Below the pieces are notes generated by a model. The model searched no databases, was not told the DNA's origin, and saw nothing but the letters and a program-made list of their open reading frames with translations. Positions 63,350-64,000 of a DNA stretch of 64,000 nucleotides are shown here, one piece after another. The translations under genes and the position numbers were made by a program. The DNA comes from an uncultured archaeon (GTDB lineage Archaea; Asgardarchaeota; Lokiarchaeia; Sigyniarchaeales; SOKP01), in assembly GCA_964447495.1 (NCBI GenBank), contig CAYUTF010000001.1, positions 32,001 through 96,000 of the forward strand, in the 5' to 3' direction. The stretch's first letter is position 1, and each line of letters opens with the position of its first letter.

Positions 63350-63542
63350 AAGATTATTACCTCAATGCTTAAAAAAGTTTAGATTAAGAAATTAATTAAA
63401 ATAAATAAACTTTATGTCATAAATATTAAAATTTACATTCTTTAAGTTAAATTTAATTCTATAACAATATCTCAAATAACACTATTGAGATATATAACAT
63501 AAACAGTATATAAGCTACATAAAAAGAATATAAAATTATTTC

Positions 63543-63998
63543 TTAAGCTTTAGATTCTTCTGGTGAGAGAATTTCGCCCACATAATACAATCCTACCAGG
63601 TTTCCTCTACGCTGAAATTTTCTAGAAACCAATAGGATAATGACATGCTCATTTTCATCTAAGTTTCCAGTTTCAACACCATATTTAACAGACTCTTCGA
63701 TTAAACTTTCAGCGTCAATTTGAAAGAAATCAATATTCTCGATATGTATGGGTTGTACTCCTCTAATTAAGTGCAATTCTCGAGCTGTTCTTTTAAAGGG
63801 AGTCATCGCTATAATCGGTAATGGAGGGCGGAATTTTGAGATCATTCGTGCACCATATCCTCTTCGGGTAATGACTAAAATTTTCCCTCGAAAATTGAGT
63901 TCTTCCATTTCTTTTGCTAATGAATGGATTGCATGACCTAACGTTTGAGTGTGGGTTAATCTATCAGAATCATAATCATCAGGATGCCTTAAAGGAGC
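63543..63998 (-). CDS. pyk: Pyruvate kinase, C-terminal domain; 5' end outside window
   Basis: ILVITRRGYGARMISKFRP..PIIAMT...ARELHLIRGV.P; frame open to the window edge. Confidence 0.85.
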   Translation of the reverse strand, partial: APLRHPDDYDSDRLTHTQTLGHAIHSLAKEMEELNFRGKILVITRRGYGARMISKFRPPLPIIAMTPFKRTARELHLIRGVQPIHIENIDFFQIDAESLIEESVKYGVETGNLDENEHVIILLVSRKFQRRGNLVGLYYVGEILSPEESKA

Positions 63999-64000
63999 AT

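Overview
AT-rich archaeal chromosomal window, very likely an Asgard archaeon of the Lokiarchaeia type (inference from a Rab-like GTPase, proteasome alpha subunit, TFB, archaeal RFC, PolB2, tandem acyl-CoA ligases and a HEAT+LRR protein). Housekeeping content: split radA-like/small protein/polB2 cassette, two fadD paralogs, a sirtuin, a UPF0182 protein, a three-gene RFC cluster, pepT, an ABC exporter and a grpE-dnaK-dnaJ-clpB-tfb operon. Two signals stand out. (1) At about 42.55-45.95 kb a two-gene cassette, encoding a putative Zn-binding domain plus tandem HTH-HNH nuclease that is split by one in-frame TAA, lies between a coiled-coil/wHTH gene and an orphan copy of that gene's last ~60 codons (30/58 aa identical). 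This is the layout expected of an intron-less homing or integrating element that carries a replacement 3' end for its target gene. (2) At about 10.21-10.57 kb an ORF-free stretch folds by eye into about ten nested hairpins with GAAA/CGAA loops and G-U pairs behind a TATA-like box; it is a candidate large structured ncRNA that I cannot match to RNase P, SRP or intron motifs. No rRNA, tRNA or CRISPR array was seen. All calls come from reading motifs by eye; no database searches or folding programs were run.
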